Below, piece after piece: positions 22,005-32,850 of a stretch of DNA of 37,878 nucleotides. The stretch covers positions 1-37,878 of the forward strand of contig NKIB01015166.1 of assembly GCA_002256025.1 (NCBI GenBank), read 5' to 3'. The notes under the pieces are model-generated. The model did no database searches. It was not told the origin of the DNA and saw only the letters and a list, made by a program, of their open reading frames with translations. Every line of letters starts with the position of its first letter. The stretch's first letter is position 1. The position numbers were made by a program, and so were the translations under genes. Source of the stretch: Asterionella formosa (taxonomy: Eukaryota).

Positions 22005-22973
22005 CTATGATGAGAACTTTTCCACAACCCCATGGAAGAAATTACACCAAATTTCGATGTTAGGGTTTTTGTCAAGAATCTCTGGAGGCAGAGTTGAATT
22101 CTCATTAATTTCTTCAATCTTTTCCCAGCCGCCAACGAAGGTTATCGATCCATCTGGATACGAAAAGAAGAACTGCGGATAGTTTCTAGTTCATTTATAT
22201 TTGAAGATATGGTTAGCGAACCTGAAAAGCTCAAAGACGAGAATTGGTAGGTGCGCATGTTAAAACAAGGTCACTTACCCCCGTATTCCACTGATTTCAA
22301 AAAGCTGATTGCGTCGCTTCTTTTGATTTGGATCCATACCGTCAACCACCTCAAACGGTGTACCTTTTCCCTTCATGATAGTCAACGATCTATCTTGATG
22401 AGTGGCCTGGTTGCGGTCACTGACACCGACCGAAATGAGTATAATTAGTTGCTTTTCTTCCATAACGACTGAACTTTGAATTTGATGACACTGTTGAACT
22501 TGCCGAGATCTTGATCTTTGGTGTCTAATTTGATTCGGAGAGCAAAGAGAGTCTTGATTTTCTTTAGGTGAATTTTGCTGGTGCAGAGACTGGCGAGTCC
22601 AAGCGGGACTTTGCTGACGCCGTGAAGGGGATTCAAGATCGTTGGTAGTAAATGTAATTGCAGATTCCTTATATTCTTGATGCGTCTGATATGCCGATGA
22701 GCTGTCCCTGTTTCGATCTGGAGACAGAGGAACTTCCGCTTTTGGGGGACTTACCACCAGAACGTTCAGAGGTGAGTGAATCTGTTGGATAGGAGCGAGG
22801 TCGATCCGCGATGCAACTTTGGATTCTGATCGGAAGGGAGGATCGACTTCTTCTACTATTGCTGTTGGGGACAATTCAGCTGTTGTAGTTTCTTCCTGAA
22901 ATTTCCTCCTCGATCTCCTTTCTTTTAGCAAGGAGTGCGCTTTGCTTTGTCGATTAGACCACTCACTGCTCAT
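22005..22973 (-). CDS. SH3BGR/glutaredoxin-like domain protein with a disordered N-terminus, 2 exons (22973-22279, 22185-22005), about 291 aa
   Basis: LIILISVGVSDRNQATHQDRSLTIMKGKGTPFEVVDGMDPNQKKRRNQLFEISGIRG joins through a GTAAGT..TAG intron (22278-22186) to NYPQFFF...FVGGWEKIEEINE. Confidence 0.85.
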
Positions 22974-23074
22974 GTGCTCATACAGGGGTGAACTGCGACA
23001 CAATAGTAAGGGAAAGAATATAAAATGCGATCTATTATATTTTAAGAGCAAATGAATTTGGAGTAATATGGTTC

Positions 23075-23393
23075 GGTACACTGGTACTGGTACTGGTACC
23101 GGTACTCTTATTTATGTTCATTTAAGGATGGCTGGCTGGCTGTATACCGGCACCACTCCTGGTTTGTACCAGGTAGTTACACCCGACCTTCGACAAACAC
23201 TGCTCGATGCACGTTCTTTTAAGAAGCCCTCTGTAGAAACAATATGCATTTTCAAGGCCAGGAAGGTCCGGTAATCGAGATATTTAAGTTTTATCGTGTT
23301 TGATTAAAAAGTGTTGCGTTCACCGGACCTACCAGACGATGCAGGCGATGGGTGCGTCTGTTAGATTACCGGTACCAGGTACCAGGTACCGGT
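23075..23393. promoter_or_regulatory. (GGTACCW)n/(GGTACT)n clusters upstream of the SH3BGR-like gene
   Basis: ggtacactggtactggtactggtaccggtac (23075-23105), gtaccaggta (~23167) and taccggtaccaggtaccaggtaccggt (23367-23393). Confidence 0.55.
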
Positions 23394-23419
23394 GGTATAT
23401 TTACACAGGAAACGAAAGT

Positions 23420-23930
23420 ACCCTGTATTGCTTTGCAATTTTTGGTACGTTTTCAACCGGTTTTCGTCCTCCAAAGCCAGGCATACCTTGTATTGGGTGT
23501 CACAATGTTATCAGTCATTTGATATTTTTTCAATACAATATGCTATACTATTCCAATGCAAGGTTAACCTTGTACTGGCAATGGGTCAGCATGTCAAGTC
23601 CAATAGAAGGTGAAAACATATCTGGTTATCACTCCGATTTAAGGTGTTCCTTCATTTCTCATGATAATATCATCCAATACAAGCTATTCCCTGTATTGGA
23701 CTCTGTTTATTTCCCAATACAAGGTGGCGACATTTTGCAATTCAAGGTTACCCCTGTATTGGTTTTTGGCTGTACTATGTCACATCCAAATATAAGGTCA
23801 TGAGTTCCAATACAAGTTGGCAATATTTCCAATTCAAGGTTGCCCCTGTATTGGGTTTGGCAGAACTACCACATCTCATCCCAGTACAAGGTGACAATAT
23901 TTAGCAATTCAAGGTTGACCCCGTATTAGT
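23420..23930. repeat. Array of direct and inverted CCAATACAAGG / CCCTGTATTGG motifs, probably subterminal repeats of a DNA transposon
   Basis: More than 12 copies in alternating orientation, including three ~50-bp units ccaatacaaggtgg..atttt.caattcaaggtt.cccctgtattgg at about 23714, 23807 and 23881. Preceded by CACAGGAAAC at 23404. Confidence 0.75.
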
Positions 23931-24242
23931 CTATAGTGCTGGTAAAGTGTACATACGATATCATAGTATAATGCATTTGATAAAGCCGTTATTTTTTGAT
24001 TTATATGATCATACAGTAATGTTAACTTTCAAAATTATCAAAATTTGGCTAGCATGTGTCTGCAACGCGTATTGATCATATAAAACCAACATTTTTTTGT
24101 TTCAAATGTGTCTGACTAGCATATGATATCTTGTCACTTCTTTACTGACTGTGTATAGGAGGATTAGACAGAGGGGGAGTGCTGGATTGGCAAGCGATGT
24201 CATACCGACAAACTCAGTAATAGACATTAGATTGGTAGTGTA

Positions 24243-24451
24243 AAACTACAGTTTCATAGTACCAGCTTAGTAATAGGTATAGTTTCACAGTAGCCACGTC
24301 ATGTTCCTATCGGGTATTGAAACAAGGGGAAGACAGGAATGTTGATAGGGCAAAGCTACAGTTTCATAGTACCATCGTAGTAATTGGTATAGTTTCACAG
24401 TAGCCATGTCATGTTCCGACCGGGTATTGAAACAAGGGGAAAACAGGAATG
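24243..24451. repeat. Tandem direct repeat, two copies with a 110-bp period
   Basis: ctacagtttcatagtacca...ggtatagtttcacagtagcca.gtcatgttcc..cgggtattgaaacaagggg..acaggaatg at about 24243-24341 and 24353-24451. Confidence 0.85.
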
Positions 24452-24643
24452 CTAGTTAAACCAGTTGATGATTCGAAACTTCCAGTAGACATACATTGGA
24501 CAAAGATCTTTTTTTCCAGATGAGGACAAATGGTGCACAAACAATGCACCTTTGGTAATTATATTGTCATATACCAATTTGCTAATAATGTAATAACTTC
24601 ACTCACAAAGAAGGATAACATTGACGTCTTGCTAGATAGACAA

Positions 24644-26073
24644 ATGTCATTATCTGTTACACGGCGGGTCTATAACTGGTGTCCACTATGCGGTTACCAG
24701 GTTAGGAAAAATCGGGAACCATCCAAACTTCATCACAAAGTTTGTTTGAATCTTTCTTTTCTACCATTTGGTTACTGTCGCGTTTGTTCTCAGGAACACC
24801 ACCAGATAGATCCAACGATCGTGACCTCGTCGCGATTTTGTTCTGTTACATTTTCTAATTATGATATCAACGGCAGAACTGGATCTGATTACATTCCGAA
24901 ATCATCTGTTAATGTGTCATTCCCAAAAGAGAATGATAATTTCACAGATGGGTGGTGGGATATTGCCGCTATAGAGGAACAAGAAAAGACTATACACATT
25001 GATTAGATTTCAGGAAGAAGATACAGTATGTTGAAAACTATGAATGAAGAAGGATTTTTGTTGGATCAAGTGAAAAATATTCCTCTCCCAAAACATTTGG
25101 GTTTTCCCAGAAGGGAAAAATTAGCAATGGACCCCATCGAGTTGGAACTTATTTTATTCCTCAACGAAAATTTCTTGCCACCTTCATTCTTTGATGATAT
25201 AATGAATTGGGCTTTCAAGGCCCATGATGTGGGTTATTTACAGAAAAGGGATCATGCACCATCACATCAGACATTAAAAATTCAATTCTCAGCAGAAAAA
25301 GATGACTGTGGAATTTGGTATATTTCCGGAAGGAATAATCAATCAATCAGATGGGACAGTCTACTTCCGCCTCTTCCACCTAGACAGCGACCACGGGAAA
25401 GCAGCGGTTAAGAACTTTTTAAACTCCGCCGTTCAGCGCTGTAATGACAAAAATTCTATTGGAACTATGTCTGTAGAGGTACTCAGGATCGATTTCTATT
25501 ACCATGTTACTATTGTTTCCAAAGATGACAGTGCAAAAACAATTTTAAGATGTAATCCAATTTGGAACAAAAAGGATAATAGTATTCATCAAGTAATGAA
25601 TTCATGGTTTGATTGGGTTGAGGTGAATTGGGAAAGTCGGATTGGTAATTTCTACATTGTACCAGCAAATCTACTTTTTTGGGGAACCGAATCACTCCTG
25701 GCATCTGTTTGTTCGTTCAGAAGCACCAAGAACATTCAAACCGTGTTTGCATGTTTTTTGCTAAAGGAGATTATATTTGCGATGAGAATACTGGTTTAAG
25801 CGTTGTTGAGCATAACGACATACTTCCACAGCATTGGTAGTCCATGCTTTACCACCAGGTACAAACAGAAAATGTTTGAGTTCAAGAGAAACCGCATCAG
25901 CCATGGAAAACACTGATTATTATATAGCATTATCGCCACGAGATCAATGGAAATTGATTGGTTGGGATATTCGTTTAAGTACAGAGGCAAAGTCACAATA
26001 TTATCTTGCTTCACTTAAATTTAGAAAATACTCCGCTCAACATGTGCACACTAGTTTGTTACGAATTAATTAG
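24644..26073 (+). pseudogene. Internally deleted Plavaka/CMC-like transposase
   Basis: N-terminal Cys/His finger (CPLC..HHKVC..CRVC), then an in-frame TAG at 25004, then LFLNENFLPPSFFDDIMNWAFKAHDVGY. After a frame change near 25300 come ILRCNPIW...WFDWVEVNW...VPANLL and YYIALSPRDQW, matching Plavaka-type C-termini. The catalytic core appears absent. Confidence 0.6.
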
Positions 26074-28241
26074 ATACTTATGTATGGCTCATGTATGTTC
26101 TCTTTTTTTCGAGGACCTGATGATGAATATGAACTGTCATCATCTGCTGGTTCTTCCGAAGATTTCCATAATTTCTTAAAATCGTTGTAAACTCTATAAT
26201 GTTGAACCCCATCCAGAAGGACAGAATGACGGCTCACTCTGCTCTGCATGGCCTCAGCAATAACCAAGGCACGTTTGAATTCTTTGTCAAATTTCGTGGT
26301 TTCTTCATTATCATGCCAATGGAATGATTTTACATTAATCATTTCACTAAGATTTGTCAGTTCGATATCACTTAACGTCAGAGATAACTCAAAATTAGGA
26401 TTGAACTCCATTGTTGCAACTTTATCAACACACGAACCCACGATTTTTTCAAAACATATTCCATGACTGCATCTTCAATTACGAAATCTGTGGTATCGCC
26501 AGGAAATGACCATTCAATTCCATTATTTGAATTAAATTTCATTTCGAAAAATGTATCCCAACAATCAATCATTAACCGAGCCTCACTTCGCTTTCACATA
26601 AACGCCGTTTGTCTACTATGGTGTAACTGGGGGTCTGAAGTAATAATTCCATAAACTTCACAATAGTAAAGAGTCCACATGACCATTTACCATCCTCGGT
26701 TGGTTGGAAAATCATTGAATCAGCATCTTTGGCCATAAAACATTTCAGGGGCGCTTTACCTCGATATCCACAGGAAATCTTAAACTGCTGAGGTTCGCCG
26801 TCAGTAAAACCCCTGATCCTTGGTTTTTCACCAAACTTTTTCAAAAATATTTTGCGACGTAGTGATTTAGCCTTCTTCCTCCCTGATTTCCATTTGTCAA
26901 ACTCTGTTTTCAACTTGACCACATTTTTGGATGGTATGATTTATTCATCGATATCAAACCCTGGGCAAATTCGGTATTTACTTGCACTCTTGTGAATGGT
27001 GCATTTCAAATAAATTTCCAAACATACTCCATGTTCAGGATCACGAACTTCAACTGTGCCTTCATTTAGATCAAAACAATATAGAACATAATGTTGATGA
27101 TGACGTGTTTGTAAATAAACCACAATGAGGAATTCAAGGGAGGGTTGGAGGTAGTATCAGTCAGTCAGATAAAGATGTTCAGTATTCCAGTCCTTTAAGT
27201 CTTGATATTCAACAATAATATGAATATTTAAGGGGTGCAGTTCATGAACAATGTACTTCACTATTGTGGTCACAATTTCAATATCCCAATAAGCACAATT
27301 GTCTAGTTTTCATGATGTTCCCTATACTGTTTTTCTGTCAATTTCAGGAAATATTCATTCTTGCAAAACTGACGTACTTCTGATGGAGTGCGGGAGTATG
27401 TATTGTAGTAGAGTTTAAGTGACTCCAAACCCAACATAAGTGGGAAACGGAAGGCTGAATCAAATACTTGGCAATTCACGCAGAATGGACAGGACATGGA
27501 TTCCACCCAACAAAACAATGGTGAAACACCATAAAGGTGATCATTGAACTGTTCCGATTCCACAACATATGCGGAAACAGCAAGATTAACCTTTCTAGAA
27601 TTAACTGATGTGTTTCTTTGTTTCTTGTCGCTCTTTCATGTAAATATTTATGAATTCCTTCGTCGAAACATTTCAATTGATCCACATCCTTACTAGAAAG
27701 ACCCGTTCAATGAAAGTTATCAGCCACCCCAACAATTTTGGAATTCTTTGGAAAGCAGCTATCGTGAATTATCTCCAGATTCGTAAATGATTTCTGGAAT
27801 TTCCTTTAGTGTACCTATCGCTTTGGAACGGGATGACTGCTTAATTTCAAGCAAATCGGAATCAATAGACTCTGTGGAGATAGTAGAAACAAAATCTACC
27901 ACACAAACCTGACGATCTTCATTTCCAACTATCTCGTTGTCAATAAACTGTGTAGATATAGACACAGAGAACATATGAAGTCGATGTTCTCTACTTGGAA
28001 TGACAGGAATGACTAATTCCATCGGCTGGTTGGGAAAAAATGCTTCCCAATTTTGACGTTGGTTTTCAAATGTGGCCAATATAGTGCCAAGAAGCGTATT
28101 CCTCTTTTCCTCCTCTGTATCAATACCGGTACAAACAACATTGGTAAATGTACGGGGATCTTTATAAACTCCCCAATGTTGGAGCACTTCATCAACACCA
28201 TTGAAGTCATCTTGACTACTACTGTTGTTGCTGTACGCCAT
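26070..28241 (-). pseudogene. Decayed gene containing a Ulp1/C48-like cysteine protease domain
   Basis: Chain of minus-strand ORFs from ATG 28241. ORFs 27123-26941 and 26922-26572 are in the same frame and give HHQHYVLYCFDLNEGTVEVRDP (His, Asp) and FQPTEDGKWSCGLF (Gln, Cys), the H-D-Q-C order of clan CE proteases. Confidence 0.65.
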
Positions 28242-28554
28242 TGCTCGATATTGAACAATTAATGGTGCTCCCAGGTACTGGTACCAGGTACTCAACATTC
28301 TAATATTTTATACATATAATACATGCTGATAAATATGTGTGGGACGGAATACACTAGTATATATTTAGTATATAAAATAAGAGTGTAAATGCATACTGGT
28401 ATGGCAATGAAGTCATGAAATAAACTTTAGGTCCTATAGAAAATTTTGCCAGTAACCAGAATTCTTAAAACAATGGGATAGTACATAACTAATAATGGTT
28501 TGATTGTCATTTTGAACCCACTTCTATTTATGATTCATGTTAAGTTGCTATATC

Positions 28555-29057
28555 ATGATTGATTCTGTAGAAGAGATGCAGCTGTTTCTTGATTCGTGAT
28601 GTCTGTGCACTCCAAGTTGGCAGCATACAGACATTCTCTCCAATAGTCAATAAGAATTGACGACTTGTGATTAAGACCATGAGCAACAGTCTGTGCCGCC
28701 ATCTGGTCCATCTTCACTCTGATCCACGCCTCCTCTTGAAGAACTGATTCGAAATATGAACCTACATCTGCAGTGGGCGAACTATGATCAAAAGGAATTG
28801 CTTATCTTCTTGATTTCGGATGGTAGGTGACCGGTCATGACCTTCAATGGATTTACTCCGGTTCTGTCGTATAAATTGACCAAAGCTTTGGCTTTCGTGT
28901 AACAAACAATCCAATTTCGCCGGCATAATTGCCCGTCAGTATCGAAACCATATCATTTGTTACAAGACTAAGATCTTCACCTTCTCCGCGGGAAGGCAGC
29001 TCGTGAGGGACTCGACGAGCGCACTTGGCTTAGTCAAAAGGTAAAATTTCGATTGCC
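28555..29057 (-). pseudogene. Decayed ORF with a KOW-like motif
   Basis: One frame with several stops reads ..DLSLVTNDMVSILTGNYAGEIGLFV..(stops)..VGSYFESVLQEEAWIRVKMDQMAAQTVAHGLNHKSSILIDYWRECLY. Confidence 0.45.
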
Positions 29058-29240
29058 TATATGAGAATGGAAAGAGGAGAGAGGAGTACCTGTACATTAA
29101 GTGCATCAACGCAAGTGATCAAGTCGGAATGGCAACAAGGATCCGATACACAAAAATCAGTATGTAGTCATCTGGTACTACCAGTACTCTACGGAGTACA
29201 AGTTTTTACAGACACGTGAGGTGGTATGTGTAATGTTGTC

Positions 29241-29510
29241 ATAACCAGATATTGATTCTATTGATCGAACAGATAATGATGTTGATATATCAAAATAATT
29301 TCCGATGAAACAGCAAATTTGCAAAATCAATATCTTTTGGTACATACGCTCGATTAGTTTTTACATTTGCATAACTTCATATGTGTAAAACCTTAACCTG
29401 AGATAAAAATTTGATTGATCAGACAGAATCAATTATTGATGTATCAAAGTAATTTTCGGTAGAATAAAAATTTAGCTTAATCAAAAACTTTTTCATCATA
29501 TGCTGAGTAA
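29241..29510. repeat. Degenerate direct repeat, about 150-bp period
   Basis: aacc.agata..ttgatc..acaga...ttgat.tatcaaa.taattt.cg...aaattt...aatcaa.a.ctttt..cata.gct occurs twice (about 29241 and 29393). Confidence 0.55.
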
Positions 29511-29822
29511 AACGTTAGATCTAACGGAATTTTTATTCACATACGCATGTATAACGCGAAATAGCGATACATGTGAATCAATTAGGGCTAATGAATTCAC
29601 TAGACAGAATTTCGCTAGCCAGCAAGCATACTATATAATTCAGTATCCTGGACTCCCTGTACATTCTTCTTGATGTGGCACCAAGCACCCAATAATTTTC
29701 TATACACATGAGACAAGGTAAGCTGCTACTGTAGCTAATTCTGATTTTTGTGGCGGACATTGAGAGATGCTCTCATTGTAAATACTGATAATATTAGTAT
29801 ACCAGCACATATAATATGAATC

Positions 29823-30613
29823 ATGTCAACAACAAGATGAACAAGAATCCATAGTTGCTTGGTTTGAATGCTCCCAACAATGGTCGCTCATGGTGTGAGT
29901 AACATGAATGCTGTTGTAAGGCAGTGAAGAGATGTGATCAAGTTCAAGCTGACTGTTGCATATGATATTTTTGGCAAGCTATTGGAGACCATCAAGGCTG
30001 TCACCATCAAGGATGGCACAGAACTTTGTACTGTTGAGTTTCTGGCAGGGAAGTTGCTGCATTGTCTTTGCAACCAAGGCTCAAGTAAATTGACAAGCTT
30101 GCGCAGGTGCTAGGACTTTATGGTACACATGAAAATTCAATGACGAGAAAGAACAGCAAGAACTTGAAAGAGAAGTCATAGATTAACCTAAGAGGAGTTC
30201 GACTTATTGAAAATTTTTATATATATCTTGATATATATACTCAGCCACAAAGAAGCTAGGCAGTGGAACGAATGATCACGGTGAATTTAGGAGAATGTTG
30301 CTTGGTAGATAAATTCGACTCTATTGGTATTTCCAAATAAAGTAAGTATAGAATTAACTTTTGGCAAGCTAAACAAACAAAATTTAGTTCATATATGAGT
30401 TATCCGACTCATTGTTCACGACCAGACACAAATATTGATTCCAATATGAGTAAAGATTGATTCATGTTGCTTCATGAATATACTCAAAAGATCGTGACTG
30501 GGCTGATTTTGGAGAGACAAAACAAGACTTATTTGACTTATCTGTCTCAACTCTAGAGAAATGCGGAAATAACCTTGTTTTTCTTGATGAAGGATTTTCA
30601 AGGCCAGGAGTAG
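29823..30613 (+). pseudogene. Second, more decayed copy of the HIRAN-like CxxHxCC gene, split by an insertion
   Basis: Nucleotide similarity to 13446-13877 (aacaatgg.cgctcatg..aacatgaatgctg, gatgtgatca.gttcaagctg.ctgttg, atcaaggctgtc..atcaagga, ttgacaag.ttg.gcaggtgctag). Similarity resumes at about 30553 after the insertion. Confidence 0.7.
30164..30550. mobile_element. About 390-bp nested insertion with short imperfect TIRs (MITE-like)
   Basis: Absent from copy 1. Ends are ttgaaagagaagtca and tgacttatctgtctcaa. AACT occurs at both junctions (possible 4-bp duplication). Confidence 0.55.
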
Positions 30614-30924
30614 ATTAATTTGCAGCAGTCTTCTATAAACCTATCGAAATGCATTCTTTACTATTTATTGTAACATTAAAGTATATTAAATAGAGTCTAG
30701 AATCATTTCTTTTAACAAATATAGTGATTCTCATAAACTATGATAGTTCTACTGGTAGCTTCAAGATGTAAAATCGAATCGAAAATTACAATTTGAGCTA
30801 TTTCACTTTAATGCTATGGAATTTCTTCGTCTACAAATCAATAATGTAATAATGGAGCATGGTCAACAGACTCTTAAGTTACGGTTCTAGTCACAGGCTA
30901 CATTTTTGAGCATGCAATGGCTGA

Positions 30925-31360
30925 TATAAGCAGCCTAATTCCAAGGTTTCAAAATTGTGGGTTGTGAAACCCTCCCCCAAGCTGTCTAGACCCGCTGAGC
31001 TACATCCTGACTCTTCACCTTTGTGCCATGAGGATGTGCGACCATCTAGTTCTCATCGGCATCCCTAACATGGCCCTTCAAGGGCGTATTCACCCTGGCA
31101 TCCAACACCTGCTGTAGTTGAAGGTGTACCCTCAACAAATTAAGTCCATATCTATACTTATAATACTACGACAATGATACAGCCTTTCAAGAAACTGAGC
31201 GCTAATGTACTGGAAGTACTCCTGCATGAAATTCAGTACATAGTGCGTGTTTTGCGCCTTGTGGAGTGTGATGCATCAAAACACAATGTTTTGCGAGGTG
31301 CACCAATGAGCTACATGCTGTTGCATGACGCTCAAGCTAACATCATGTGTCTTGCCTAAA
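30925..31360 (-). pseudogene. pogo/DDE_1 transposase fragments (HTH-linker piece fused to the C-terminal DDE piece)
   Basis: VAHWCTSQNIVF*CITLHKAQNTHY resembles the Tc5/CENP-B HTH end. GYT/LQQVLDARVNTPLKGHVRD...DVAQRV*TAWGRVSQPTILKPW matches the LQxLDVGVNKPFK...WV..AW motif. Confidence 0.75.
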
Positions 31361-32167
31361 TGGAAAGTCTGTTTTTTTCAATAATTTAAGACCCTCATCC
31401 GAAAACGAACCTTCTACTCCCTCTGTTCATGTTTAGTTACACCCAAACTTTTCGGCTTGGCCAATCATGAAGCGCAATTCTCCGGCTAACAGCCCCTACT
31501 ACTATTAAAAATTTATTCCGAACCGAATGGTGCATATAATATATGTTCTAAATAGTCTTGACCTCGATTGTTTTGGGCGCGTTTTTCATATAATCGTGCC
31601 CCGATCGGAATGTTTGATCTGGACCCCCCCCTTCTTTCGATGACCCTTTATTAGTCAAAAGACATTAAGTTGAAGAATTTTATACCAGAACAGAGACAAT
31701 ACATCGCCGACTACCCAATGTGTCCTCGCTACCAACAATGGAAGGACATGTAACACCATCAGGAAATGAACTAATTGGAAAGTCAGGATGTTCTATTAAA
31801 AGCTTATCGAATCACTCACAAAGTTCGGCTAAAACATTCACTAATTTGAAGCAGGTGCAAGTTCATTGGAAATCATCGTTGGACAAGGATTTCATGAATT
31901 GTAAGCGCCAAGGAATGGCTTTTCCGGCTATGAAAGCCATGACAAAATGTATGGAACATCATTACCTGGCTGACATTTCCCAAAGAACATATAAAATATA
32001 CTTAGGTCCAGTATAAGGAAAATCTTATCGTAGTGTTGGACCACCCCCTTTTGGATAAAAGAAGTAAAATTCAGTCATGGCAGCAGTGTATATTGGGGGG
32101 AGGGTTGTCCAGGGCAACGAAGTATATGGTGTCTAAGTTGATATTTTTGCGAATCTAAATAAATATC

Positions 32168-32324
32168 TACACGAGGGTTAATCATAAAATGCAAAATCAG
32201 GTTCCCAATCGGTATCAAACCATCAATTTGGAGATGATACTAATTTGGATTTTGGACATGGAGAAATAGCGAAAATCAACTCCCAATATGCACTCCAAAT
32301 TGGGTTCTTCTCGGATCCTCTGTA
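32168..32324. mobile_element. Possible short MITE remnant
   Basis: tacacgaggg versus the reverse complement of the right end tacagaggat. Internal aatttgga/tccaaatt repeats. Confidence 0.3.
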
Positions 32325-32850
32325 GTTAATGGTACAATACATTTTCAGCCTTCCAATCATTTTGCTTACCTGTACTACTGGTATGCTTATATTTAAACTT
32401 TCCTACAACTGAAGGGTGGGTACGGACGGACGGACTACGGACTATGTGCCTTCAGATACTGTAAGGACCCCATTGCTGGCGAGAAAGGACAGGCCAAAGT
32501 CGAAACATTGATGGGCTATAGAAAGGTCAATGTTGGCTGATTATTCCTACAGCATAACTAATAGCAACAACGAGCAACTTTTAACTAGAAAGCCTTGTAG
32601 ATTGTGTATCAATATGTCCACTGAAAAAGTAGATGTAGACTACCAGAGTACACAGTTTTCTGGAATAGACTTTACAATTACTGCTTGGTTAGTGTTAAGT
32701 TGTCCAGTTGAATGATCTTGTTGTCAACTTATAGCCACCTCACAGGAACAGCCTCGTTATTGTTGACAAGTCTTTCCACTACCTGGGAGTTTCTCCGCTC
32801 CTTTAGTAATGAACTTATTTACAACCACACTCAAAATCACCCACAAGGAC

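Larger units (their letters stand above)
29631..32129. mobile_element. pogo-family DNA transposon (copy 2) with both TIRs, a HIRAN-like cargo gene and a convergent transposase remnant
   Basis: Left TA|ctatataattcagtatcctggac versus right gtccagggcaacgaagtatatgg|tg (reverse complement ccatatacttcgttgccctggac). Internal tggacc(a/c)ccccc repeats near 31620 and 32037. Homologous to 13223-14172. Confidence 0.7.

Noticed and set aside
22974..23803. ORFs 23081(-) N-extension, 23068-23274 and 23300-23803 as genes
   Set aside because: Their TGTGTG and VPGTRYR peptides are translations of the stop-free GGTACC repeats and the repeat array. No recognisable domain.
23670..23930. CRISPR-like repeat/spacer appearance
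   Set aside because: Repeats are degenerate and in both orientations, linkers contain partial copies of the same motif, there are no cas genes, and the context is eukaryotic.
31720..32016. 98-aa plus-strand ORF as a second cargo gene
   Set aside because: No recognisable motif, and it may be a separate insertion fragment. Cannot be supported without a search.
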